A stretch of DNA of 64,000 nucleotides from an uncultured Planctomycetota bacterium (GCA_963719315.1 CAVRBU010000004.1:96001-160000), one strand, 5' to 3'; shown: positions 19,624 through 30,153, numbered from the stretch's first letter. The notes: generated by a model not told the origin, from the letters alone. A program made the numbers and translations.

Positions 19624-20871
19624 ATGGAACGTGCGACCAAGCTATTGAACAAATACGTCGTGCCCGCTTTGAGCGCGATCAGCGAGAACACGTACATGTC
19701 GGCCATTAGGGCCGGGATGGTGTCGATTGTGCCGCTGACGATCATCGGCGGCTTTTTTACGATCATTGCGTTTTTGCCAATCAAGGGGTGGGACGACGTG
19801 GTCGCCCCCTATCTTCAGTTGCTGCAAGTTCCCGTGACGGCGACATTTGGCTTGCTCGCGGTGTTTGCTTGCTTTGCCATCGGCTATGACCTGGGCAAGC
19901 AGCTCAAGCAGGAAGCGATCGTCAGCGCGATGATCGCCACGCTGATCTTCTTGATGATCCAGATCAAACTTGAAGACCAAACATTGTCGATCGACAACCT
20001 CGGTTCAAAAGGGCTCTTCACCGCCATCATCGTGGCCCTGATCTCGGTGCGCGTGCAAAAGTTCTTCTCTGACAAGAACTTCGTCATCAAGTTGCCGGAA
20101 AATGTGCCGTCGGTCGTCTATGAATCGTTTGTGTCGCTCACACCCCTGCTGTTCCTCGTCTTGGTGTTCTGGCTGATTCGCTTTGTGTTGGGGGTGGATA
20201 TCAACAACATCGTGCAGACTGCATTTCAGCCGATCGTGAAAGGATTGGATACGCTGCCCGGCATTCTCATGTACGCCCTATTGGTGACACTCTTATGGTC
20301 GGTGGGGATCAACGGCGATAACACGATGGATGCCATTGTGGCCCCGATTTTTCTGACGTACCTGTCCGAGAACGTGACGGCGATGACGCACGGGCAGCCA
20401 TTGCCGTACGTGACGGCCTATGGGTTTTTCACTGCCTTCGTCAACGTCGGCGGGACGGGGGCTACGCTCGGGCTGGCACTCGTCATGGCTTTCTCCAAAG
20501 AGCCTGGCTTCCGAAAGGTCAGCCGCTTATCGCTGCCCACGCAGATTTTTCAGATCAACGAGCCGATTTTCTTCGGCATGCCGATCGTGCTCAATCCGAT
20601 TTTCATGATGCCCTACATTCTTAACGCTCTCATCCTGACTACCTGTAGTTACCTGCTGATGTACTGGAATGTGATCCAAAGGCCGTTCGTCAATGTGCCC
20701 TGGACGACGCCGCCCATCATCGGGCATTACCTCGTCACCGGCGGCGACTGGAAGGCCACGGTCTGGGGCGCGATCTCCATCGTGATTGCCATGCTAGTCT
20801 ACTACCCGTTTGCCAAAGTCGCCGAACGCGAGCGATTGAAAGCCGAAGCCGCCGGAATCGCCCACGAGTAG
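19624..20871 (+). CDS. PTS permease EIIC, lactose/cellobiose/chitobiose family
   Basis: LGSKGLFTAII; IKLPENVP; GGTGATLGL; FQINEPIFFGMPIVLNP; VPWTTPP; AGGAGG RBS. Confidence 0.9.
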   Translation: MERATKLLNKYVVPALSAISENTYMSAIRAGMVSIVPLTIIGGFFTIIAFLPIKGWDDVVAPYLQLLQVPVTATFGLLAVFACFAIGYDLGKQLKQEAIVSAMIATLIFLMIQIKLEDQTLSIDNLGSKGLFTAIIVALISVRVQKFFSDKNFVIKLPENVPSVVYESFVSLTPLLFLVLVFWLIRFVLGVDINNIVQTAFQPIVKGLDTLPGILMYALLVTLLWSVGINGDNTMDAIVAPIFLTYLSENVTAMTHGQPLPYVTAYGFFTAFVNVGGTGATLGLALVMAFSKEPGFRKVSRLSLPTQIFQINEPIFFGMPIVLNPIFMMPYILNALILTTCSYLLMYWNVIQRPFVNVPWTTPPIIGHYLVTGGDWKATVWGAISIVIAMLVYYPFAKVAERERLKAEAAGIAHE

Positions 20872-20899
20872 TGTTCCGCAAGAATCGAGAGGGTTTTCA

Positions 20900-22168
20900 T
20901 TGGCTGAGCCTGCCTACACCCTTCGCGAGAGCACACCGCGAGACTTGCGGGTCTGGTGGATTTGTGGCTTGCTGCTGCTCGCATCGGCGATCAATTACAT
21001 GGATCGGCAAACATTGGCGAACGCCGCCGTGCGAATCAGCCGTGAATTCAATATGACCCAGGAGCAGTACGGCAATCTGGAGGCCGGCTTTGGCTGGGCG
21101 TTTGCCGTGGGTTCGCTGTTCTTTGGTTTTCTGGCAGATAAAGTCTCTCTGCGCTGGCTGTACGCCGCCGTCGTGTTGCTGTGGTCGGCGACGGGGTTCC
21201 TGTCGGGCACCGTGAAGAGCTATGACCAATTGCTCGTTTGCCGCACGCTGTTGGGGTTTTTCGAGGCTGGCCACTGGCCATGTGGAATCAAAACAGTTCG
21301 CGCACTGCTCGATGCCAGGGGACGCGCCATGGGCAATAGTGTACTTCAGAGCGGCACGTCGATCGGCGCCATTGCGACGCCGCTTATTATGACTCAGCTA
21401 CTTACCGACAACGTCGCCAGTTGGCGATTGCCATTTCAAGCAGTCGGCGCCGTCGGTGTCCTGTGGGTGATTGCTTGGATCGCCACAGGGCCGCGCGATG
21501 AATCGGCTGCTGCCTCGATCGATGGGCGCGACGACTCGGTTCGATGGTGGAAAATTTTGCTCGATCGGCGCATGCTGATCATCCTCGTGGTTGTGGCGCT
21601 CATCAATACAACCTGGCAATTGTTGCGGGCCTGGTTGCCAAAATTTCTGCAGGAGGGACGAGGGTACGGGGAATTCGAAGCGTTGTACTTTAATTCGGTC
21701 TGGTTTGCGGCGACCGATGTCGGCTGCCTGGGTGCTGGCGCGGTTGCGCTGTGGATTGCGCGGCACGGTCGGCCCGTTTTTCAGGCCAGGCTGCTCACGT
21801 TCCTCGCCTGCGCACTGATGTGTCTCCTCATGGTGACTCTTCCCTGGTTGCAACACGGATGGCTACTATTAATGCTGCTGCTGATTGCGGGCGCCGGAGC
21901 CCTTGGAGTATTTCCGATTTACCATGCGTTTACACAGGATCTATCGCACCGCCATCAGGGTAAAATAACCGGAATTGCTGGAGTAGCGGCCTGGGCGTTT
22001 TCACCCCTCGCTCAACGGATGTTCGGACGCCACGTCGATGAGACGCAGTCCTTTGACCAAGGACTAGCCCTAGCCGGTTGTTTGCCGATGATCGCGCTCT
22101 TACTATTGGCTGTTGGTTGGCCGCGAACTGCAAAGCCTATTGAGGATGAATATGCTGACCCGACGTAA
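20900..22168 (+). CDS. MFS transporter (ExuT-like)
   Basis: INYMDRQ; GFLADK; RTLLGFFEAG; ~12 hydrophobic helices. Confidence 0.9.
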   Translation: MAEPAYTLRESTPRDLRVWWICGLLLLASAINYMDRQTLANAAVRISREFNMTQEQYGNLEAGFGWAFAVGSLFFGFLADKVSLRWLYAAVVLLWSATGFLSGTVKSYDQLLVCRTLLGFFEAGHWPCGIKTVRALLDARGRAMGNSVLQSGTSIGAIATPLIMTQLLTDNVASWRLPFQAVGAVGVLWVIAWIATGPRDESAAASIDGRDDSVRWWKILLDRRMLIILVVVALINTTWQLLRAWLPKFLQEGRGYGEFEALYFNSVWFAATDVGCLGAGAVALWIARHGRPVFQARLLTFLACALMCLLMVTLPWLQHGWLLLMLLLIAGAGALGVFPIYHAFTQDLSHRHQGKITGIAGVAAWAFSPLAQRMFGRHVDETQSFDQGLALAGCLPMIALLLLAVGWPRTAKPIEDEYADPT

Positions 22169-23414
22169 TTTTTTGGCCGGTGCCACAGTTGCTACCGGAG
22201 CACTGGTTACGAGAATCCGGGCGTCCGAATGGCCGCGAAAGAAGATTGCCTTTTTAGGCACCGAGGTTCGCGAACATTCGCATGCCCAGCACTTTCTCGA
22301 TCGACTCACGCTAGGTTATGGATGGCACGGCCAGTGGCTGCAACCGCGCGTGGACGTGGCCTCGGTCTTCATCGATCAATTTCCTGCTGGCGACCTGGCT
22401 CGCGAGCGCGTCAAGCGCCACCACCTCAAGCTTGTTCCCACGATTTTCGAAGCGCTGACGCTGGGCGGCAGTAAACTTGCGGTTGACGGCGTCGTGATCA
22501 TCGGCGAGCACGGCAACTATCCCAAGAACGAAAAGGGGCAAACGCTTTATCCGCGCTATGAGTGGTTCAAGGAAGTCGTCAAGGTATTTGAGGCCAGTGG
22601 CCGCGCCGCGCCAGTTTTCAACGACAAGCATCTCTCGACGACCTGGGAACGATGCAAGGAGATGGTTCAGGATTCGAAGCGGCTCGGTTTTCCATTCCTT
22701 GCCGGTTCTTCTTTGCCGGTTACTTGGCGGCTGCCGGCTACGGAGGTGCCGCACGGTGCGCCGCTCGTGGAAAGCGTCTGCGTTGGATATGGCGGCGTCG
22801 ATAGTTATGATTTTCACGGACTGGAGACGGCTCAATGCATGTCCGAGCGTCGCCACGGAGGCGAAGTCGGCATCAGCAGCGTTCATGTGCTGCGTGGCAA
22901 GCCGATGTGGGAATATCTAGCAACGCCCGACCGGAATACAACTCGCCGCCTGCTCGTGGCCGCGTTGACGCGCAGCCACACGCTGCCAGTCAAGGAAGGA
23001 TACGTCGAACAGCCGATCAGCGTGGAATGGGCGCGCAGCGTCTTTCCCGATTTGCTCGCGTATTTCATCGAGCACCGGGACGGTTTTCGCACCACGCTCT
23101 TCATGGCGCCGATTCAAGATTTCAACTATGCGGGGCTGCGCGGCGACACGGAGGAGATCATTTCCTGCCAGATGTATTTGCCGATGCCCGGCCACAGTGC
23201 CACGACGGCTGATTTCTTCCATCCTTTGGTGCGGCACATTGAGACGATGGTGCTGGAAAACCGCGCGCCCTATCCCGTCGAGCGGACTCTGCTCACGTCA
23301 GGGATGACACTTGCCGCGGTCGATTCGATTCACAATGGCTACACACTGGTGAACACGCCGGAGATGAAGGTCGTGTACCAGTCGCCGAACGAGTCGTTTT
23401 TCTGGCGGGATTAA
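22152..23414 (+). CDS. Tat-exported conserved protein, oxidoreductase-like (Gfo/Idh/MocA-related)
   Basis: TRRNFL Tat motif; VDGVVIIGEHG; VFNDKHLS; AGSSLP; YDFHGLE. Confidence 0.7.
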   Translation: MLTRRNFLAGATVATGALVTRIRASEWPRKKIAFLGTEVREHSHAQHFLDRLTLGYGWHGQWLQPRVDVASVFIDQFPAGDLARERVKRHHLKLVPTIFEALTLGGSKLAVDGVVIIGEHGNYPKNEKGQTLYPRYEWFKEVVKVFEASGRAAPVFNDKHLSTTWERCKEMVQDSKRLGFPFLAGSSLPVTWRLPATEVPHGAPLVESVCVGYGGVDSYDFHGLETAQCMSERRHGGEVGISSVHVLRGKPMWEYLATPDRNTTRRLLVAALTRSHTLPVKEGYVEQPISVEWARSVFPDLLAYFIEHRDGFRTTLFMAPIQDFNYAGLRGDTEEIISCQMYLPMPGHSATTADFFHPLVRHIETMVLENRAPYPVERTLLTSGMTLAAVDSIHNGYTLVNTPEMKVVYQSPNESFFWRD

Positions 23415-23878
23415 TGGTGACGCGGATGGACCCGCGCCGTGGCTTAAACGACCGTTTTGGCCAGTTTGGTCCGGCAGGAAATCTCTACTCGCCGACGCAA
23501 GTTGTTAGCTGGTCAGCGATTGGAACGTGGCGCTCGATCAAAAGTGTGCAACACGATTCCTGTGGACAACACTTGCCGGGTGTGCGTGGCGCCATTTCAG
23601 ATTTTTGAGGGGAAACAAGGATTTTTCTCGCGCATGGCAAGCGCAATAGGGGCTGACTTATGTCCATCTGAGCGATGATCGCGGTCGCACGAGAGACAAA
23701 AGTCGGAAAGTCCCGATCGGGATCGCGGCACAAACCTTCGGCCTCTGGCCGACGGCTGAAATCTATAGCTGACAGCTTTTTTGACTATCAAAGAGCGAGA
23801 GCAGTATCGCACGCTCGACGTTAGCACACTGGACGGCCGAAAACGAGAGATAATCCTTGTGACATTCCGGGCTGCAGG

Positions 23879-24172
23879 TTACTGGCAGCGCAGTTCTGCC
23901 GGCACGTCACGCAGGGCCGCATCGGGCAAGACGAATGAGCTGCCGATCAGCTCCGCGTTGTCGTTGATGAGGTCGGGAAAGCGCGTCACCGGCAGCAGGC
24001 AAACCGCGAATATCTCTTGCACGGCCTCCCCGAACTTGAGGAACGCCACCACCTGACCGCGCTCGATGTCCACGACCCACACGCCGCAGGTTCGCTCGGT
24101 ATCTTGCAACCGTTCTGTGATTTGTATGCCGCTGAAGATGGCCGTCTCGCGGACTTGCGACAGGCCGACACT
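23879..24172 (-). pseudogene. 3' remnant of a TIGR03032/DUF4915-like gene
   Basis: VGLSQVRETAIFSG...CGVWVVDIERGQVVAFLKF...VQEIFAV; no 5' part, abuts an unrelated plus-strand fragment. Confidence 0.6.
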
Positions 24173-24178
24173 GCGAGT

Positions 24179-24439
24179 CGCATCTTCAACATCACCGACC
24201 CCACGTTCGGAAGTGACCCACCGCTGGTGACGCTGATCGGCCTGACGCTCACGGGTGGTGATGTATCGGGCAACACGGCCGGCAGTCGCGGCGGAGGCGC
24301 GTACCTGTTCAACTACGACGGCACCGAAACGCTGGTCGAGAAATCGCACATCACGGGCAATCACGTGCCGTATGCCAGTGGAAGCGGACTCCGTCGCAAC
24401 GGCGGTGGAATTTACGCATATTTTGCATTGGCCGTGTAA
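24179..24439 (+). pseudogene. Internal fragment of a beta-helix (GGAI-type repeat) surface protein, paralogous to 29143-30153
   Basis: Blocks identical to 29554-29568, 29593-29637 and 30058-30116; no start codon. Confidence 0.85.
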
Positions 24440-24907
24440 AACAAAGACTTGACTGGCCCCCTATGGTAGATTAGCAGCGGAAAGGAGCGAGTGTAATGAG
24501 CCAGACTACAAAACGAGTCGCGTTTTCATTTTCCCCGGCAGTCGTGCTTGCGATTTGCATCACACTCACCGGACCAGCTCATGGAGAGCCGATCTACAGC
24601 CAGATTCTACCAGCTGAACCCGTTGGAGCATTCAGTTCGCTGAACTTGTCAGGATTCCAAAAGATAGGAGACAACTTTATTCTTAGCGGGGCGGGGCCAA
24701 TTACTGTCCGCTCGCTTCGCTTCGTAGGAGGTGTCACCGGTGCTGATGCTTCGTCACCGCCGGATGATTTCCGAATTGTCTTTCTCGATGACAACAGTGG
24801 AGTTCCGGGGATGTCCATACCAGGAGGCGACTATGCAATCGGCTCAGCGTTTCGTCGGACGCCAACGGGCGGCCAGTTGCTTAACGGAATAACAGTGCCT
24901 CTTGAAT

Positions 24908-26232
24908 CAGTAGTGTCCCAACGTTAGTCGAATAGCGACAACTGGTTAGGAGAATGGGGTAGTAGGATTTTGTAGTTGGATTGCGAAAACAGCTCGACCA
25001 AGGGGGTTTTCTCGAAAATCGAGACGCTGAGAATCTGTAGAATTGTGTAAAGCGACATTTCGATGCCGAGGCGTTTTTTGGCGATGGCCACGAGCAAGTA
25101 GACCGAAACGGCGATCCAGATTTGAGCCTTCACGGCGTTCTGGTTCGTGCCATAGAACGACTTGATCCGCAGGTGTTGTTTGATCCATTTGAAAAACAGC
25201 TCGATCTGCCAACGGGACTTGTACAGCGCCGCGATCGTCGTCGCCGGCAACTCGAAGTCGTTGGTCAGAAACACCAGACGCTTGCCGAGCGACTGGTCGT
25301 AGTAGCGAATGCGACGCAACGGTTCGGGGTACCCTTGAAAAGAGTAAAACGTTTCCAAGACCACCGTCTGGTCGCACTGCACGCCAGTCGTTCTGTCGAC
25401 CTCGCGGGAGTAACGTCGCTGAAACGTAAAATTCTTCTTGGCTCGGGTGACGAAATACGCTTTCGCTTGGTGAAGTTGGTACAGACGAGCAAAGTCGAAA
25501 TACCCGCGGTCCATGACGTAGTATGCGCCTGGTGATGGAACCAGGTAATCCAATACGTTCACATCGTGCAGTTTTCCGTCGGAAATCAGGATAAATTCGG
25601 GGATGTTGCCATGAAGATTGAGCAGCGTGTGCAGTTTGACGGCCCCCTTGGTCCGGCGAAACCGGGCCCAAGGGAACAGCGACAGGCACAAGTCGATCGT
25701 GGAGGCGTCGAGCGCGTAGACGGTGGCATCCAAGTCGATGCCCAAGTCTTCCGCGGCGTACAGCGCGCGGGCTTCTCCGATCAGAATCTGAGCGAAGTCG
25801 GCGTAGATCCGCCAGTCGCGCACTCGATTCGCGTTCGACAGATTGTTCCGCGAGACGCCGCCGCGAATCCCCATGTGATACCACTTGGTCTGCACGGCCC
25901 GCAGACAGGTTTCGACATCGCGCAAGCTTTCCCGGTAGGTAAGTTGCGCGAAGGCCATCACCCGCAGATGTTCGCCGCAGGGAAACGTTTTGATCTTGTG
26001 ATCGCCGTCGTAGCGACGGACGCACGTCTCGAAACGGCGCCACGGAACAAAGTCCATCAACTGCGAGAACACCAACTTGCCTGCGTGCATAGACCGATTC
26101 CCCTCCGAAATCCCGGAAATCGGAAATTATCGGCCAAGGCAATTTCAAATCGAAGCAGGTCATGGTCTTCCGTAAACTAGAAACAATTAACAACTTACAA
26201 TCAAACCACGAGAAAACGTTGGGACACTACTG
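24908..26232 (-). mobile_element. IS4-family element A
   Basis: 18-bp perfect IR CAGTAGTGTCCCAACGTT/AACGTTGGGACACTACTG; flanked by TCTTGAA(T) repeats. Confidence 0.93.
24924..26090 (-). CDS. IS4-family transposase (DUF4372 + DDE), intact
   Basis: AFAQLTYRESLRD; YALDASTIDL; VMDRGY; YKSRWQIELFFKWIKQ (YREK). Confidence 0.95.
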   Translation of the reverse strand: MHAGKLVFSQLMDFVPWRRFETCVRRYDGDHKIKTFPCGEHLRVMAFAQLTYRESLRDVETCLRAVQTKWYHMGIRGGVSRNNLSNANRVRDWRIYADFAQILIGEARALYAAEDLGIDLDATVYALDASTIDLCLSLFPWARFRRTKGAVKLHTLLNLHGNIPEFILISDGKLHDVNVLDYLVPSPGAYYVMDRGYFDFARLYQLHQAKAYFVTRAKKNFTFQRRYSREVDRTTGVQCDQTVVLETFYSFQGYPEPLRRIRYYDQSLGKRLVFLTNDFELPATTIAALYKSRWQIELFFKWIKQHLRIKSFYGTNQNAVKAQIWIAVSVYLLVAIAKKRLGIEMSLYTILQILSVSIFEKTPLVELFSQSNYKILLPHSPNQLSLFD

Positions 26233-26241
26233 ATCTTGAAT

Positions 26242-27577
26242 CAGTACTGTCCGGCTAATGTCTGGTTGATTTCGTATAACCTAAACAATTTCAATGAGTT
26301 GCGTTGAGTCATGTGTGTACACGACTTGAACTGGCAAGCAGGCTTAACCCTCGACGGTGGCATTTTTTCGTTGCCGAAACCGTCGAGGAGGGCTTGTGTA
26401 CGACGGTCAACTTGTGTTTGCACAGTTGATGAACTTTTTGCCGCGGCGAGAGTTCAGCGCTTGCGTCGAGAGGTACAGTGGTCATCATCGCAATCGCGGC
26501 TTTTCGTGCCGCGATCAGTTCTTGTGTCTGGGGTTCGCGCAACTCACGTTCCGAGAGAGCCTGCGAGACATCGAAACGTGCCTGCGCCCTTGGAACCGAA
26601 GCTCTATCACGCTGGGTTTCGCGGCAAGGTCTCGCGGAGCACGTTGGCCGATGCCAATCGCGCGCACGACTGGCGAATTTATGCCGACTTGGCCCAAGTC
26701 TTGATCCGTCGCGCGCGAAAGCTCTACGCCCACGAGCCGCTGGGCGTCGAGCTGGTGCAAACCGTCTACGCGCTCGATTCGACGACCATCGACTTGTGCT
26801 TGAGCTTGTTTCCCTGGGCCAAGTTTCGTCGTCGCAAGGGGGCCATCAAACTCCATACTCTGCTCGACCTGCGCGGGGCGATTCCGTGTTTTATCCACAT
26901 TTCGCACGGGAAAATGCACGATGTGAACGTCCTCGATCACTTGCCGATCGAACCCGGCGCGTTCTACGTCATGGACCGCGGCTACGTCGATTTCCAGCGG
27001 CTCTATCGCTTCACGTTGGCCGCCGCGTTCTTTGTCACTCGAAGCAAGAAGAATCTCGATTGTACCCGCCGCGCTCGTCGCAAAGTCGACAAGGCGTCGG
27101 GTCTGCGCAGCGATCAGACAATCGTCTTGGCTGGCCCCAAATCGTCGCGGGCGTACCCCGTCCCGCTCCGCCGGATCGCGTTCTACGACACCGAGCACAG
27201 ACGACGGCTGGTGTTCCTGACCAACAACTTCACCTTGCCCGCGCTCACCATTGCGCAGCTCTACAAGTGCCGTTGGCAAGTCGAGTTGTTCTTCAAGTGG
27301 ATCAAACAGCATCTGCGGATCAAAGCTTTCTACGGCACGACCGACAATGCCGTGAAGACACAAGTGTGGATCGCCATCAGTGTTTATGTGCTGGTCGCTA
27401 TCGTGAAAAAGGAACTGCGAATCGAACGAAGCCTATCCGACATTTTGCAAGTCCTCAGCCTCACACTGTTCGAGAAAATCCCGTTGTTTGAGGCTCTTGA
27501 CAACAAAAACCGACCGTTTCCAGAAACCTCTAATCCTAACCAATTGAAACTGTTCGACTTATAGCCGGACAGTAGTG
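26242..27577 (+). mobile_element. IS4-family element B
   Basis: IR CAGTACTGTCCGGCTA/TAGCCGGACAGTAGTG; ATCTTGAAT on both sides (26233-26241, 27578-27586). Confidence 0.93.
26396..27564 (+). CDS. IS4-family transposase (frameshift near 26590)
   Basis: GTG start after AGGAGG; FAQLTFRESLRD; YALDSTTIDL; VMDRGY; YKCRWQVELFFK. Confidence 0.9.
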
Positions 27578-27652
27578 ATCTTGAATATGTCGTCAATCTT
27601 CCGGTTGGGATCCTACTAAGCCCCAAAACTGTATATTGGGTTTCGATTACTA

Positions 27653-28828
27653 TACCCTGCGTGGGGATAAATGATCTGTTCCCGAGTAGCTGATTTGTTG
27701 TACAAGGCCCTTATGTCGCCATCGAGGAGGATGGCGTGTTGCTGGCAAGGAGGGCTGTCATGGCTTGGTTTCGAGTCCGATTGACGGAAGAGGAACAGCG
27801 AATTGTCGCGGCCGAGCGGGAGTCTCATCCGGAGTCGCATGTCCGCCGCAAGATGCTGGTGTTGTGGTCGCTGCAGTGTGGTTTGAAGCGATCCCAGGCG
27901 GCGAAATTGGCGGGGGTCGGAGTGGCGACCGTCGGGCGGTACGTTGCGGCCTATCGTGATGGCGGGTTGGAGGGTCTGCGGCGGTGGAATGTGCAAGGGC
28001 CCGTGAGCGACTTGGCCGCCTATCGCGACGTGATCCGCGCGTCGTTCGAGAACCAGCCGGTCCGCACGACCGCGGAAGCCTGCGAACGCATTTACCAACT
28101 GACCGGCCTGCGGCGGGGACTGTCGCAAACTCGCAAGTTCCTGAAAGACATGGGACTCAAGTGGCAGCGGGTCCGGGCGCTCCCCGTGCCGCCCAAAAAA
28201 ACTTGGCCCAGCATGTCGCCGCGCAGGCCCTGTTTCACGACGTCGAACTGAAGCCCCGCCTCGACGCCGCCGCCCGAGGGCGGGGACACGTCTTCTTCGT
28301 CGATGCGGCCCACTTTGTGTACGGGACGTTCCTGTGCTGCTTGTGGTCGTTCACGCGAATCTTCGTGCGGGCCGCCGGGCCGCCAGCGGTTCAATGTCCT
28401 GGGAGCCTGGAACGCCGTGACCCGCGAACTGGTAAGCGTGACCAACACCACGGTCGTCAACACGGAAACGATGTGCGAGCTGTTGCGGAAGATCGCTGCC
28501 CTCGGTCTGGCCGGACCGATCACGTTGGTGCTGGACAACGCTCGCTACCAACGTAACGCCGCGGTGCAAGCGTTGGCGACGCAACTGGAAATCACGCTGC
28601 TGTTCCTGCCCTCCTACTCGCCGAACCTGAACCTCATCGAACGGCTTTGGAAGTTCATCAAGCGGCGGGCCATCTATGGGCGTTACCATCCCGGATTTCA
28701 AGAGTTTCAAGCCGCCATCCAAGAAACAATCGCCGACCTCGCAACCCGCCACGCCGAACCCCTCAAATCCCTCATGACGCTCAACTTTCAGCGATTCGAA
28801 GATGTCTCATTGCTGGCCGCGTAGGGTA
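27653..28828 (+). mobile_element. IS630-family element B
   Basis: IR TACCCTGCGTGG/CCGCGTAGGGTA; TA duplication at 27651-27652 and 28829-28830. Confidence 0.9.
27760..28824 (+). CDS. IS630 transposase (-1 shift at A7 28195-28201; additional frameshift near 28375)
   Basis: HTH OrfA; FFVDAAHF; LVLDNARY; LPSYSPNLNLIERLWK. Confidence 0.9.
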
Positions 28829-29142
28829 TAATGATCTTCTTCCGAATCATGGTTGGGTGTGGGCTCGCGCAAACGGATTATTTGACCAGGAGATAGCTAC
28901 GACAACCAACGACGTTGCGACTGGGGCGTGGACTGTGGGTCCTGTTGGCGGGATGTACTTTGAACTCAACGACCAGAGCATCCCAGAGCCCACGTCACTT
29001 GCAGTTCTTGTCGTAGCGTTATTAACCATTGCGGTAAAGTGCGGCCCACGCTCTCTTGTGCGCCGCCTTGCGGCTCCACAAGTATCGTGATGTTTACGAT
29101 TTAAGACTCCACAGTGTCCGCATGATTTCGGAAAGGAAAGCC

Positions 29143-30153
29143 ATGTTCCGCGGGAATTCTCGCCACGACCGTTATGCATGCCAACTCCGTATGGAAAGAC
29201 TTGAAGATCGCCAAATGCTTGCTGCTGTAACCGTTTCTGCGATCTCTGATGTTGTAGATTGGGATCAGATAGGTGGGATTCCGGAATTGATTGGTAGTCC
29301 CGGTGCAGATAACAAGATTTCGCTACGGGAAGCCGTCATAGCTGCGAACCAAACATTCGATGGAACGACAGACACGATCACATTCAGCACCAACCCCACC
29401 CATGGCCTCAACGGCGGCACAATTCTGTTAACCCAGGGCGAACTTTCCATCAGCGAAGCGGTCACGATCGACAGCAGGAACTCCAGCGGAGTCCCACTTG
29501 GCATCACGATCGACGCGCACGACGCGACGCCCAATACACACGGCGACGGCATCCGCATCTTCAACATCGCTGCGTTTAGCTCCGCTCCGGTCACGCTGAT
29601 CGGCCTGACGCTCACGGGTGGTGATGTATCGGGCAACGGCGGCGCGATCCGGTCGGCGGCGGACTTGATCGTCCGCGATTGCACGATCGAATCGAACGAG
29701 GCCAGCGGCAGGGGCGGGGGCATCTTTGTAGATGCCGCGGTTGACGTCTCCATTCTTCAAGGGAGCGTAATTACCGGTAATTCCGCCAGCGGCTCTGGCG
29801 GTGGCCTTTATGCGCGCGTTTACGGCGATTCCGCAATCCTTATCCAGGACTCGATGGTCTCCGACAACGACAGTGCCGTGAACGGAGGCGGCCTCGTTAC
29901 CAGGCTCGATGGCTCCTCGTCCCTGGCATTCGAACAATCGGTGATTTCCGGGAATACGGCCACTTATGACGGCGGGGGAGTCTACGCGAAGGCGGAGACC
30001 GATTACTACAATCCCATCCCAGCGCGACAGGCGATTACGATTTCACGGTCGTTGATCTCGGGCAACACGGCCGGCAGTCGCGGCGGAGGCGCGTACCTGT
30101 TCAACTACGACGGCACGGAGGTCAGTGACAACCGCTTTAGGCTTGCAGCCTGA
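29143..30153 (+). CDS. Planctomycete exported beta-helix repeat protein, apparently C-terminally truncated
   Basis: LRMERLEDRQMLA export motif; SLREAV..AN; repeated GN.A...GGGI/GGAI units; frame ends shortly after FNYDGTE while the paralogous fragment continues. Confidence 0.8.
   Translation: MFRGNSRHDRYACQLRMERLEDRQMLAAVTVSAISDVVDWDQIGGIPELIGSPGADNKISLREAVIAANQTFDGTTDTITFSTNPTHGLNGGTILLTQGELSISEAVTIDSRNSSGVPLGITIDAHDATPNTHGDGIRIFNIAAFSSAPVTLIGLTLTGGDVSGNGGAIRSAADLIVRDCTIESNEASGRGGGIFVDAAVDVSILQGSVITGNSASGSGGGLYARVYGDSAILIQDSMVSDNDSAVNGGGLVTRLDGSSSLAFEQSVISGNTATYDGGGVYAKAETDYYNPIPARQAITISRSLISGNTAGSRGGGAYLFNYDGTEVSDNRFRLAA

Larger units (their letters stand above)
24496..29090 (+). pseudogene. 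PEP-CTERM protein gene (~245 aa when rejoined) split by three IS insertions
   Basis: Joining 24496-24906, 27586-27652 and 28831-29090 gives one open frame: signal peptide ...VPLE|YVVNLPVGILLSPKTVYWVSIT|NDLLP...IPEPTSLAVLVVALL...RR. Confidence 0.9.

Noticed and set aside
24946..27491. Long alternative-frame ORFs (415 aa, 337 aa, 282 aa) overlapping the IS4 transposases
   Set aside because: Shadow ORFs of GC-rich coding sequence with no recognisable motifs
24230..30116. Duplicated segments as a DGR template/variable repeat pair
   Set aside because: Blocks are identical rather than differing at adenines, and there is no reverse transcriptase in the window
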